From positions 8,680,001-8,744,000 of the forward strand of contig CATNEN010000039.1 of assembly GCA_950097015.1 (NCBI GenBank): a stretch of DNA of 64,000 nucleotides. The letters run 5' to 3'. The notes below the pieces were generated by a model, which was not told the DNA's origin, searched no databases, and saw only the letters and a program-made list of their open reading frames with translations. Position numbers and translations under genes: made by a program. Positions 1 to 18,248 of the stretch are shown in pieces; the stretch's first letter is position 1, and each line of letters begins with the position of its first letter. The DNA comes from Macrostomum hystrix (lineage: Eukaryota > Animalia > Platyhelminthes).

Positions 1-635
1 ACCAAAGACTGGGTAAGCCATGCCACCAAAGACTGGGCAAGCCATGCAACCAAAGACTGGGCAAGCCATGCCACCAAAGACTGGGTAAGCCATGCCACCA
101 AAGACTGGGCAAGCCGTGCCACCAAAGACTGGGCAAGCCGTGCCACCAAAGACTGGGTAAGCCATGCCACCAAAGACTGGGTAAGCCATGCCACCAAAGA
201 CTGGGCAAGCCATGCAACCAAAGACTGGGCAAGCCATGCCACCAAAGACTGGGTAAGCCATGCCACCAAAGACTGGGCAAGCCATGCCACCAAAGACTGG
301 GTAAGCCATGCCACCAAAGACTGGGCAAGCCATGCCACCAAAGACTGGGCAAGCCATGCCACCAAAGACTGGGTAAGCCATGCCACCAAAGACTGGGCAA
401 GCCGTGCCAGTGCCACCAAAGACTGGGTAAGCCATGCCACCAAAGACTGGGCAAGCCGTGCCACCAAAGACTGGGCAAGCCGTGCCACCAAAGACTGGGT
501 AAGCCATCCCACCAAAGACTGGGCAAGCCGTGCCACCAAAGACTGGGTAAGCCATGCAACCAAAGACTGGGTAAGCCATGCCACCAAAGACTGGGCAAGC
601 CATGCCACCAAAGACTGGGCAAGCCATGCATGCCA
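1..635. repeat. 24-bp minisatellite (ACCAAAGACTGGGYAAGCCATGCC)n
   Basis: About 26 near-identical tandem units, running off the left edge. Confidence 0.97.
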
Positions 636-856
636 CCAACGCTGACTGGCATACAGGAGTGTACTGGAGCTTATTGGAAAAGTCGACCTTCTGAACTTCT
701 GATGCGTTAGAGTTGCGAATAGTGTCCTTCGTTGCAGTAGCTAATAAACTCAAAGTTTTCGTGTGCACTCATTTTCATTCTCTCACCCCGCCTTGAGTCG
801 TGTTCTCGCCTCCCTTGGTATTTCACACTGTTAATTAGGAATTCCAGTCGACTTAC

Positions 857-3800
857 GCGGCCAGAGCTGCAGACGTCTGAGAATGCCACTCAGCCTGGCG
901 CGCGCTCCAACAAAGAGCCAGTGCAGGCGGCGTCTTCCAGCACTGCTAACGAGAAGCTTGTCCACTATGGCGGCGGCCTGGCTCGCCTCCGCCTGAAGTC
1001 GGCGTCTAACAGCCAGCTGGCGTCGCGCGCGCGTTATCGATCGGGCCGCCGCTTCGGCGGCGCAAACCCGCCGTTTGAGACGAGTCACTTTTCTGGCCAG
1101 GGCGTCACTTCTTCTGCGCGCCTTGACGGCGCATAGCTGGCGTTGAAGCGTTTTTAGCCGAAGTCGCTTCTGCGACAATTCTGTCGATCTTGTTGAAGTT
1201 GTCGCCGTTTGACGGTTAGGACCGCATTTAAGAGGCTGCCGTTGCTTCTGCCACACCTGGACGAGGGACGAAAAAAACTCTTCAATTAGGATTAAAGGGA
1301 TTAGACACTTCCATCATAGTGTGATAAAGATGAATTATGAAGGCTATTATGAAGAGTGAATGAGCACGACTCACAGCAGTTGCCAGACTATGCCATTGGA
1401 TTCGCAGGTGAGTTAGCTTATCATCAACCTGTCGCTCGGATTCGCTAAGTTGCTGCATTCTTTGACGCTTCAACCTGCGTCGCTCCAATATTACCAGATC
1501 CTGCATCTGTTGCTTGACAACATCTAAACAAAGAACGAAATTATAATTCAGTGAAATAATGACGAGCTCAATATTCTACAAAATTGATCTAAACATTAAA
1601 ATCCACCGTACCCTTTGGAGCTTCATCAATACATTTGAGTTCTTTAAGTTGTATGGCTGCTCTTGACTCTTTGAGCTGCGCCTGAGTCTGCCGATGAGTT
1701 GCCGACACCGCCGCCGCTTGAGCCAGCAGCTGCTTAGCGTTATCAAGCTCGGCTCGGCGATTCACTAGCTGGCGGAGAGTTTATCATATTATTTCATATC
1801 ATATTGTTCATATTCTCGCTTGTCTCTCGCACTAAAACCACTGAGCTCGATTCCGCAGTGAGGCCACATTCATTTGGCAGCTTGTCGACTAGTTTACGCC
1901 CTTGTGGGCCGATCTCCAAGTCACAGTGTACAGGGTATACACTGCCGGACGATGAGAAAGTCAGGGCAGATGTACACACCTGTGTTAGTGTGAGTCTGCG
2001 TACAGTATCTGTGTGCGTGTGTGCTCAGGAGTCAGCGGAATGGGCAGAATTGCCTCCTAACTGGCTGCGGGTCTAGTGTCACCAAATGAGTGTCACCAAA
2101 GAACCCACCTGCCTGCAAAGATATTATTATTATAATTTTTTACTACCAAAGTAATCGCTTCATAGAAAAAACAATTTTAAATCAGTGCTTAAAAATATTC
2201 TACGAGTTATTGTGCTTTGACAGTTGGCCCTCAATAGCGTGACAAGCCGCCAAGCGTTTTCTCCGCGGCTGCGCCCTAAATAATAATGTGGCCTCGCAGT
2301 GGATTTGAGCTCAGGGACCTTGGTGCGAGATGCAAACGTGTTAGATCTTCAATAAAAATTCCTTTCTGAATTATGTTTTTTAATAGTTATAAAACTAAAT
2401 TCAAATTCGTACTTCTCTAAAAAAGTGGCAACTTAGAAATGAAGAATATCTTATATTCGAACCTTTGTCTCCAAGCAGCGCAATTGAGTCGCGGATTGTC
2501 TGTCTGAAAATCAAGCAAGTACAAAATTAAAGTACAAAGTACAAATTAAAGTACAAAGTTCTCTGTCAATAAAACTAATTAGAAAATATAGAACTGCTTT
2601 GCAATGCTGCACACATCAAACTAACCCAGTTGAACAGGCGGTAGGTTAGTTAGAGTCACTAGCGCCGTTTTCATCTGGTCGATTTTATTGAACAGGCTGA
2701 CAGAAAAGAACTTTTTTCCAGTAGAGTGACAACTCCTGATTAACACCTGCAGCTGCTTGCGTTCCTCTGCCATTGTGAAGGGAAATCACTTTGGGTAAAT
2801 TAACAATCAAAGGTAGGTAAAGTGAAAAGATTATCCCAGTGCTGTCATTTACCTGTACCACTAGCGTGCAAATCTTTGGCTAGCAATATGCCAAATCTCT
2901 GGCCCATCTTGCCAATCAGAATAATGCTGTTTGATGTGCTGAAGATGGTTACAAGTTTCACAGTCTCAGCTTCGATTTCAGTAACGGCTCCATGCGATTC
3001 TTGCTGCGATTCCAGTAAAATCCTTTGCTATTACTTTAACTACGATTCTTGTTACGATTCCATTTTAACCATTTGCTATGACTTTGAATGCGATTCTTGC
3101 TACGATTCCAGTAAAATCCTTTGCTATGACTTTGAATGCGATTCTTGCTACGATTCCAGTAAAATCCTTTGCTATGACTTTGAATGCGATTCTTGCTACG
3201 ATTCCAGTAAAATCCTTTGCTATGACTTTGAATGCGATTCTTGCTACGATTCCAGTAAAATCCTTTGCTATAACTTTGAATGCGATTCTTGCTACGATTC
3301 CAGTAAAATCCTTTGCTATGACTTTGACTACGATTCTTGCTACGATTCCACTTGCTCCCTAGGATATCCGACTATTGATGAGACGGTTTAATAATCTGGT
3401 CAGCTTACTGGGAAGTGATTATCGATCGATTTTGAAGCATGCGCTGCAAATGATCACGCTCGTGTTGCAGCTCGGCCTGTGGGTGTCGGTTGCAATAACA
3501 TTGTGGCCACTTGGATAAGTTGTTATTGCTGTTTCCTAGATTTGTATGCTAATAATAATCTGAAATATGCAGAACTTATTTATCTTCGCCCTGTTCCGTC
3601 CCGACTTACTCTCAGACTGACACTGGAGGCCTCGAGTTTCGCCTTGTTGTCATCCAACTGTCCATTTCGGACTGTCTGGAATGTAATAATAAACAGGAAA
3701 CACACAAACTCCTAAGATTTATGTAATGATTTTGCACTGAATTATACTGGCATTCGTTATAAAAAACTTCTGTTAAACAGACCATTTCATTCAGGAGAGA

Positions 3801-4996
3801 GTCGCAGGCCATCCGCCACAAGGAGACCTGGTCAGCCCACTGCTTCAGGCCGCCAAGATCGTCTTGCGACAGGCTGGAAGCAATCAGGAAGTTCCAGCGT
3901 CAAGTGAAGCAAAGCTTGTGCAGCGGGTAACCCAACACTCAGTTCCTCAATGAACTAATTATACAGAGAGACCTCACACTGACGGATCCTCACACTGGCT
4001 GCTACTCCCTGATCCCCAGACTGGCTGCAACTCCATGATCCCCAGACTGGCTGCAACTCCATGATCCCCAGACTCACTGCTACTTCCTGATCCCCAGACT
4101 GACTGCTACTCCATGATCCCCAGACTGACTGCTACTTCCTGATCCTTAGACTGGCTGTTATTCCCTGATCCTTAGACTCACTGCTACTCTCTGATCCCCA
4201 GACTGACTGCAACTCCCTGATCCCCAGACTCACTGCTACTCTCTGATCCCCAGACTGACTGCAACTCCCTGATCCCCAGACTGACTGCAACTTCCTGATT
4301 CCCAGACTCACTGCTTCTCTCTGATCCCCAGACTCACTGCAACTCCCTGATTCCCAGACTCACTGCAACTCCTTGATCCCCAGACTCACTGCAACTTCCT
4401 GATCCTCAGACTTGCTTCTACTCTCTGATCCCCAGACTGGCTGATCCTCAACCTGAGCTACGGTTGAGTTACTTACTCCAGCATCGGAAGTTGCAGCTGG
4501 TCAGAAGCCTGCTGAATGGTGAGCGCCTTTTCCTCAGTTTCTGCCGCTTCGGATGGGCAGAGGAACACCCGACTTCCCAGAAAGATGGTGCCACCGTTCC
4601 CGGACACCCGGTCGCGAAGATCGCCATAGCAGCTGCTCTTGCCGCTGCCGACGCTTCCTGTGCGAACAAAGCTACTGGGAGTGCTCGGACAGCTGGATTG
4701 ATTGCTGCCGGACTGGTTGCTTTTGCCACTGTGACCATCACTGCCGTGTCTGCTACCATTGGCAGTCTCTAAGGCCGGCGAGTTGCCTGAGTTTTATAGT
4801 TTAGGAGACTTAATTTTACATTAGATTGAGACTATATGGGTGATACATTGAAGCAAAGCCTTGCTTTAGGGAGAGGACAGGGAAATAAAATATGGGACTG
4901 ATCTACTCCAAGAAGAACTTTCAGAACTTACATTTTTTTGTATCACCATGTGGCAAGAAACGATTCAGTATATTTTTACTTAAAGATAAAAAATGG
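857..4996 (-). CDS. Multi-exon coiled-coil protein of unknown function, incomplete at both ends. Approximate exons: 4932-4996, 4473-4786, 3783-3873, 3409-3476, 2628-2696, 2463-2503, 1612-1768, 1374-1523, 857-1256
   Basis: GT-AG bounded segments with compatible phases join into one frame (...QLPMLDLSQDDLGGLKQWADQV...AELQHERDHLQRML...LFNKIDQMKTAL...LVNRRAELDNAKQLL...QMQDLVILERRRLKRQRMQQL...). Heptad-rich; no family recognised. Confidence 0.7.
1824..2133 (+). mobile_element. tRNA-derived SINE, family 1 (5'-truncated)
   Basis: B-box-like GAGCTCGATTCC, body shared with copies at 22.8, 27.6 and 50-51 kb, (TTA)n tail. Confidence 0.85.
2250..2345 (-). mobile_element. SINE family 1 head fragment
   Basis: Reverse complement resembles the family 1 head (tctcgcaccaaggtccctgagctcaaatcc...gaggccacatt). 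Confidence 0.65.
2992..3350. repeat. 48-bp minisatellite
   Basis: Tandem TGCGATTCTTGCTACGATTCCAGTAAAATCCTTTGCTATGACTTTGAA units. Confidence 0.95.
3985..4448. repeat. 26-bp minisatellite
   Basis: Tandem GATCCCCAGACTSACTGCWACTCCCT-type units. Confidence 0.93.
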
Positions 4997-7851
4997 CTGC
5001 AGTCAATGTCACTATCATCAGCTAAATCTGAACTTTTATCCATTTTGCTGTAAATTAGCGGGCAGCAAAGTTAAACTTTCAGTTTATACCTTTTCTTACA
5101 AAAATATGTTTACAATTGCAATAGCTAGTAATATAGTATTTAGTCAATAGTAATTGCAATTGTAATTACCTATAAGTAATTGTAATTACCTAATTACCTA
5201 TAAGTAATTACTGCTAAGCAAATAACATATACTTTTGTAATATTTTTTCTTTTTGTAGAAAAAGAATCCTAAAATATGAATGCCTGTTTATTTATATAGC
5301 AACATATAGAAGTAATATTCATGAAAAGGATATTTAAAATATGACTATACTTAAATTGTAAAATTGTAACATACCATTGTAATACTTCTTTAACCCTAAA
5401 TATATATTCTATGAAAATGCATAAGTGAATTTAGGGTATATACAAAAACCTAGAACATAAAATACTTTAATGTAAAAATTAAATTAAAAATTTGCTCATT
5501 TTACAATAATGTCTACTAAGAACTAATATGAATGTTGCCAGCCACATCTAAGCCCAGCTGAGTCAAGTTTTTTATTTCAGCCCCAATACATGACTCTGAA
5601 TGTCAATGATTTGTTTTTTATGGAACACATTTTGTGTACATTAATTATTCCAGAAATGGAGGTGGTGTAGTGGCAACAATAAACTATGTCTAATAATTAC
5701 TATGTGAAGTTAAAAATGAATAAAATGCAAGTCACACAACTAAAACAACAACAGTCAAACAGTTAGACCCACTGAAAATTCTGTGGTTAGGCCTAATATG
5801 ACAACAATAGTTTTTGTGATACTATATATAAATTTTTATGTACATTGTTTTCATTGTATGAAAAACAAATTTGTTATTTGTACATTCACTGTACGAATAA
5901 CCATTTTGCTATTGGTCTTGTATGGTCACCATGCAAATTACTATTGGTCACAAATTAAACTGCCTAAAAATGTAGTAAAAACTGGTTTTATAAAAAATAA
6001 ATGGTAAATTATCAAGTATATTCATTCCTAATGACAAATCCATTGGTGTGCTAAAAAAATAAAAAACTATTTATTACAACCATTTATTTAAAAAGGTAAC
6101 TTTTCATTTCATATACAATTTCTATTAAAACTATATTTACATAGTTAGGGATATACTTTTTGTCAAAATCAATGAAACAATTAAAATTTTATATGCAGAT
6201 AACAACTAAATTGAACTAATTATACGTGGACAACTTTTTCTAAAGTGGTTTTAGAGTAAAAAAACTTTAATTTTTGTCTATTTATCTTTAAAGACTTAGA
6301 TTTAGCTCGATGCATACAGTGACTGTCCGGCAGGCACTCCACTTCGAGTTCGCAGTCCACAAATCAATTTTAAATGAAAGTCGCGCATCGTAAATAAAAC
6401 AAAGTCTGCTAAGAATATATTGCCTTTTTATAATAGATTAAAAACTCATGTTTGCATTTGTAATATTTTTCTAAACAGTTTTTCATGCATATAACTATTT
6501 CTGATTTTGAGATTTGCGCTTCGTATTATAAAGTTGCTAACTTGTATATATCAAGTTTTTACTTTTCGGCTTCTTTAATTATTGATGGATGTGTGAGCTC
6601 AGCATTTTATATTAAGCATTATTAAAATGATGTTTAAAGAGGCGAAAATTTTGAGAAGATGACCAGCTTATTACATTAGTAAAACTATCCCATCTAGCAC
6701 AAAACGTTATTAAATGGCTGCCTCTAAAGTCTGACGATGAAAAAGTGGTCAGAATTAAATCACGGTGCCACAGTGGGCCTGCCTCCATGTACGTATTCGC
6801 ATTTGGCATGTGATGAACATTTCCTGGTGATTTAGAATTGGACAATTGCATGCTAGGCAAGGCTTTCGTCAAAATGAAATGCTAGGTAGAGCCGGCCTGA
6901 TAATATATTACCGATAAACCCTTAGAAGTTCGAATATAAGTTACTTTGAATGTGCTGAAAGTGTGCCCAACAGACAGACGATGAAGAACTGAAGACAAAA
7001 TACTGATTTAGTATTTTAATTCCAGTATAAACAAATACGCTAGCTTTGATGAACTTATATTTCTGCATCATTCTAATCATTAGATTTGGGGTGCACAATG
7101 ATATATATGCAGTTTGGCTAAGGCCTGGTTGTAAAATGTTTGAACTCGTGTACTTTTGGTTTACCTGCCAATCTTTTAAAAAGGAAGCAATCACAGACAA
7201 ATAAAATTAACACGATCATAAATCTAAGACATCAGCAATCTAACTATAAAAAACTAACTAGACAAAGAGAAGGTAAAAAATTACTATTCTAAAACAAGAC
7301 CTTAAAAGGGCATGGGGCGATGGGGTATAAATACTGTGCAAGGCTAAGCCATTAAAAAGTAATTGTAATGAAAAAATAAATTAATAGCATAAAAACCGCG
7401 TGCGCAAATGAAATACAGACATTAGTATAATATAAAGAATTTGCTCTGAAGAGAAAATTGAAAAAAAACATCTAGGCAGTTAGCTAATGTACAAAAATAT
7501 GAAACTCCCAATAGATTCCAGTGATTTCGTAAGTCAATCCTAAGAACGACCAAATAAAGATAAGACAAATTTAACATTCTTGTAGATGATTGATGAATTC
7601 GAGCAGATCAGACAATACACCGCATATAAAGCAAGGCCTTCAAGTTGTTATCAGTAAAATAAAAAAATAGTATTTTGCAAGTAACTCACGACAATTCCAC
7701 GGAAAAGTGTTTAATGCAAAAAATAACGGACTACGTGACATAGCATACACAGCAGTTTAGTAATCTAATGAGACAATCTGTGAATGCAAAAAACTTTATC
7801 ATTATGATATCAAGATTTTGCAACTACGGTAAATAAAAAAGTCATCCTCAT

Positions 7852-8680
7852 AGAATGACCATTGTCATCTGAGAATGACCATTGTCATCTGAGAATGACC
7901 ACTGTCATCTGAGAATGACCACTGTCATCTGAGAATGACCATTGTCATCTGAGAATGACCACTGTCATCTGAGAATGACCACTGTCATCTGAGAATGACC
8001 ACTGTCATCTGAGAATGACCACTGTCATTTGTGAATGACCACTGTCATCTGTAAATGACCACTGTCATCTGTGAATGACCACTGTCATCTGAGAATGACC
8101 ACTGTCATCTGAGAATGACCACTGTCATCTGAGAATGACCACTGTCATCTGAGAATGACCACTGTCATCTGAGAATGACCACTGTCATCTGTGAATGACC
8201 ACTGTCATCTGAGAATGACCACTGTCATCTGAGAATGACCACTGTCATCTGAGAATGACCACTGTCATCTGAGAATGACCACTGTCATCTGAGAATGACC
8301 ACTGTCATTTGTGAATGACCACTGTCATCTGTGAATGACCACTGTCATCTGAGAATGACCACTGTCATCTGAGAATGACAACTGTCATCTGTGAATGACC
8401 ACTGTCATATGAGAATGACCACTGTCATCTGAGAATGACAACTGTCATCTGAGAATGACCACTGTCATCTGAGAATGACCACTGTCATCTGAGAATGACC
8501 ACTGTCATCTGAGAATGACAACTGTCATCTGAGAATGACCACTGTCATCTGAGAATGACCACTGTCATCTGAGAATGACCACTGTCATTTGTGAATGATC
8601 ACTGTCATCTGAGAATGACCACTGTCATATGTGCATGATCACTGTCATATGTGAATGATCACCGTCATCTGTGAATGACA
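7852..8680. repeat. 20-bp minisatellite (GAGAATGACCACTGTCATCT)n
   Basis: About 41 tandem units, each with an ATGAC/GTCAT inverted repeat. Confidence 0.97.
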
Positions 8681-8994
8681 TCCCTGAAACGCAGCTTTCA
8701 AATGAAATTTTTTCGCTAAGGAAAAACTTTGCGCTTAAATCTGAAAAAAGTAAAATAACAATATTTGAAACGTTGACGAATACATTTCTCTTATTAGCGA
8801 AATAATCACAACAGCTTTTTAGTTTGTTAGCAAACAAAAACAAGATCACGCACAATAAGCACCTTGAGAGGCATCTTTTGATAAGGCAAAGGTTAGGTTG
8901 CACAGTAAAATGGCAAATTCAAACATCAGCTTAGAAAAGTCTTCTCACGTCTAAAAATTATCCATACAGCACTACTAGCAGTAGTTCAGCAGCG

Positions 8995-14343
<5,349 letters not shown>

Positions 14344-14546
14344 GGTAACTACTGTTCTTGTTAGTAAAAAAATAGATATAAACTTTAGCCGAATGACAGA
14401 AAGAAAATTACTAAGCACAGAGTAGTTTGTTGGTGGTCATTTGAAATTCACATTTTTTATGTATTTTGTCAAGTACAAATCGTTATAATTACAGTATCGC
14501 ACAGTTTAGCTAATGGATAACGACAAAAAGGAATTTGAGTTTCGTA

Positions 14547-14552
14547 TTTATT
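14547..14552 (-). promoter_or_regulatory. Probable polyadenylation signal of ZRSR2
   Basis: AATAAA on the minus strand about 165 nt after the stop codon. Confidence 0.5.
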
Positions 14553-14716
14553 AACAATGAAGGGTTACTAATAGTTAACATATAGAAACTAACCAAACGA
14601 TTCTATACAACACGGGATTGTATGTACACACTAAAGCTATTTTTGGCCACAGAATGCTAATAGATAAAATGCAACATTTCTAATTCACAGTCGTCTTCGA
14701 GCTATCGTTCCCGGCT

Positions 14717-17223
14717 TTAGCGTCGACCTGTTTTGTTGTTTTGACGATGACGACGACCAGCAGGCGGCGACGGCGACGACAACGGAGAGGCATCGTCAGG
14801 CCGATCGACGCTAGATCGACGTCGAGACGGCGATTGAGATCGCAACTGACTACGCCGCGGAATTCGCCTTAATTGATTCGAAGGTCGACGTCGAGGCGGC
14901 GACGGCGATTTCGATGCCGAATTCGACAACTCGCGCTTCTGCCGCGCCCTAACATGGCGTCCAGGAGCTCGGCGTCGAGACGGCGAAGGGGTTGAATTTT
15001 CGCGGCGAATCGAATCTAGCTGCGAGTCACGAGACGGCGAAGGAGCCGCCGAAGAGGCCGAAGACGAAGTTGTGGACCAGCCGCCGTCGGTAGCTCGCAT
15101 CGCCGACGCCAGTTCGTTTCGGCTTCGTCTTCTTCTTCGTCGCTTTTTTAGGCGCAAAAACTTGCGCGACGCTTCTGGCGGATTCGGCATCGGGTGCAAA
15201 TAGCAACAGTCGGCGTCGCCCTTCGGACAGCGGCTCCGCTGATGCCGGCCGCAGATTGCGTCGCCCCAGTCGCCCAGATCGACGCGTCGGCAGGCAACAA
15301 GACGACCGGCGTACCAGCGACCTCGGCAGGCGGCCAACGCCCTGGCAGCGTCCGCCGGACTGTAGAAGCGGCAGTAGACGCTGCCGCGCAGGTGCGGCAG
15401 CGCATTGCCGCAGGTGGCTAATCGTCGTATTCGACCGTGACGGCTCAACTCATCGGCGATGTCGACGAAAAAGTCTGCATAGCAGTCGCCCTCGGCGTCG
15501 TCGTCGGGACGAAAGAAATTTGGAAACAGCAGCGTGTCGGCTGTGCCGCTGTCCGAGGACGCAGGCGGATGACGGCGAGAGCAGCGGGCGCCGAAACGGC
15601 AGGCGCCGGTGCGGACAAAGAATTCACAGGGCGGCGCGTTCGGATCAGCGCTGCCGCCAATTAGCGAAGCCTCGCCGTTGGCAACCTCGGTGGCGTCGGC
15701 GTCAATGTCGACGCTGCAGCCATGGATTGGCGACGGTGGAGCATCTTCGGCTGCCTTCAGAGCGGCTTCCTGACGACGTCGTTCGTCAATCTGGAGTCGA
15801 AAATCGAAATGGTGATCAGTAAAAATATGGATTTAACTTTCCTCAAAGTCTGAGTTGTGCCGAACCAGAGCACGAAGAATTTTTATGAAAAAAAACTTCC
15901 TTTTTACGTTTTATTAGTGAAGTGGGTCGCTAGATTAGTAAATAAGCTTTGTCACTTTTGCAGCTAGGTGTTATCTCTCATCCTGCGTGGTGGGGAGGGG
16001 CCTTTTGTGTATGCCTGTGCGGGTGATTTCTTTGTCTGCCTGTTACTGTTTAGGGATGCCTGTCTCACGTGATCTTAAGAGTACAATGACTGCCTCATTT
16101 TACTTATGACGCATGCCTATTTTCAGTAACAAGTCTGCCTGTCCCATAGGATCCTCTCTCCTATGTACATGCATATTCAAAGTATTCTGACGTCAGCTTC
16201 TATTTTTAGCAACAGACCATTTGGTTATGGGCATGCTGCCTTGTTTATCTGACGTCAGTTTCTATTTATAGAAACCACGTGATGCGTCTGTTAACTATTA
16301 TTCTGCACAATACTAACAGTATTTCGCAATGACCGAGACCAGAGAAGTTTTTTAGTTTTTCTATGATCCTGGTCTCTTAAATTTCTGTGAAGTCTCCAAC
16401 TGATAGATTTATATTCCCATACCTTTAGTGTGTGCCTGCATGCCCACTCAGGGTATTTCAAATTTCTTCTAATAAACTCTAATCCCGTACAACTACCGAG
16501 ATCCAGTTAAAGGTAGCTGGCGACCTTTGGCACGCTGCTAAACCTAATTTCCTGCTAGAACTCTGAATACTTCATCTTCCCTGACCGCAGTACGAGAAGC
16601 TTCAGGACACTCTAATGGCATCCTACTATGCTATCTACTTCTGTTTAGAAATTCAACTCGGCTTCAGATTGGAGCAGCCAGTCTCCTGAGTTGGTTGATC
16701 TAACAAAAGTCCTGTTGTTTTTTTCACATCATCCAAATCTACTCAAGTTTTACTCCCGAATCCAAAGCGAAAGTGACTGAATTCTCAATGAGTTTTACCT
16801 GTCGCCGCGCCAAACCAGCGCGCCATTGGCGATAACTAGCTCGATTAGCCTCGGCCAAGTCTCGCTGCTGACGCTGCTGAGCCTCCAGGGCAGCCCGGCG
16901 CTCCGCGATGACCGCCGCAGCTTCCGCCTCTCGTTTCCGCCAGGCCGCATCTGCCGCCGCCGCCGCCACCGCCTCCGCGGCCGCTTGTCTTATCAGCGCC
17001 GACTCGACATCGCTGTCGGCGTCTGCGACTGGCTTTTGAGCCCCTGAAACTGCTTTAGCAGCAGCAGCAGCAGCTTGACGTCTGTATCGGCGTTGGCACT
17101 TTTTAACCAATCGACGTCTTTTTTTGTGGCTGATGCGGGGGGTGTTGGCGACGCCGCGCACGACATCTTTAACGACACCGTCGCCAACGCGCGGCGACAA
17201 CTGCGTCGAGTTGCAGGCAGTGG
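14717..17223 (-). CDS. ZRSR2: U2AF35-related splicing factor ZRSR2-like. Exons 16799-~17223 and 14717-15790; start codon unresolved
   Basis: N-terminal SHKKRRRLVKK..RRYRRQ basic motif, coiled coil, CCCH finger CEFFVRTGACRFGARCSRRH, UHM (DFFVDIADELSRHG..HLRGSVY..GRWYAGR), second CCCH finger (AICG..CPKG..CCYLH), RS-rich tail. Confidence 0.9.
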
Positions 17224-18248
17224 CTGAAATGGTTACTGAATTTTAGGTGGTGAGATTGCTCAGTAAATGATTACAATGAGACGGTTGATAATGTTAACAT
17301 AAGATCATAAGATTATGTCCCAGGTATGCCTATATATTATGCCTAGCAAATTCTAGAAAAAAAGAAATAAAGAAAAAAAACTAACGAATGCCGTGTTATT
17401 TTATGCAACAGTGGACTAAATGTCTGGTTAAATTTTCTTTAATTAACAAACATTAATTGTTATAAATTGCCACATTATTTTATAATGCAAAGGAACTTTA
17501 AACTAGCATATAAGCACATAATTGATTGCTTCAGAAGTATTACAAAAGTCAGAACTGATTATTCTTAGCACATTAATTACTTGTAAAAATCCGAATCGTT
17601 CAAGCTATGTAAAGAATATTATTCGTAATTTTATTGTCACAACAGTATTGACAATTAAAACACGAGCTTGTACACATGGGAAGATATTAAGCATTTGAAT
17701 GGAAGAATGAATTATAAGGCTCATTCGCTAAATGTAAAAAAAGTAACAAATAAAGGTCACTCAGGATGCAAATGATCAAATAACGCTTTTTAACTACTTA
17801 CTCTGTCTCATCTCTCCGCGTGTCTCATCTCTCCCGTGTCTTATATCTCAACTTTATCTCACCTGTACATAATCTGTTCTGTACCAAATATTTACTGTAT
17901 ATCAACTATTTAATATTTTCTCTCCCATATCTAATCTCTATGGTGTAATCTTTGCCGCTGTTGTTCCATAATTCCGATACCTCTTAGACCAGCTATTCAA
18001 ATAAGTCTGTCCAAGGCTTACAACTAAACAAAAGAAAAATTCAAGTTTATGTACATAGTTAGCTGATAAGACTGCTTCAAATAGGACTTTCAGCTTATAA
18101 TACGAGCTAATGACAAATTAAATAACGTTTAAAACGGGAATTACGAGCTAGATACATATTTTTAGTAAGAAATAAACGATATAAATCCATTTAAACAAAA
18201 ATGGTAAATATTAGCAAGAAAAAAGCAAAGTAGCGAAGAAAAATGCCC

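Noticed and set aside
4469-4759. ORF MVADTAV... as the coding frame
   Set aside because: Splicing to the next exon gives an early stop; the alternative frame is phase-compatible on both sides
6640-7010. Protein-like plus-strand fragments (EDDQLITLVKL..., CAQQTDDEELKTKY)
   Set aside because: Short, interrupted by stops, with no recognisable motif
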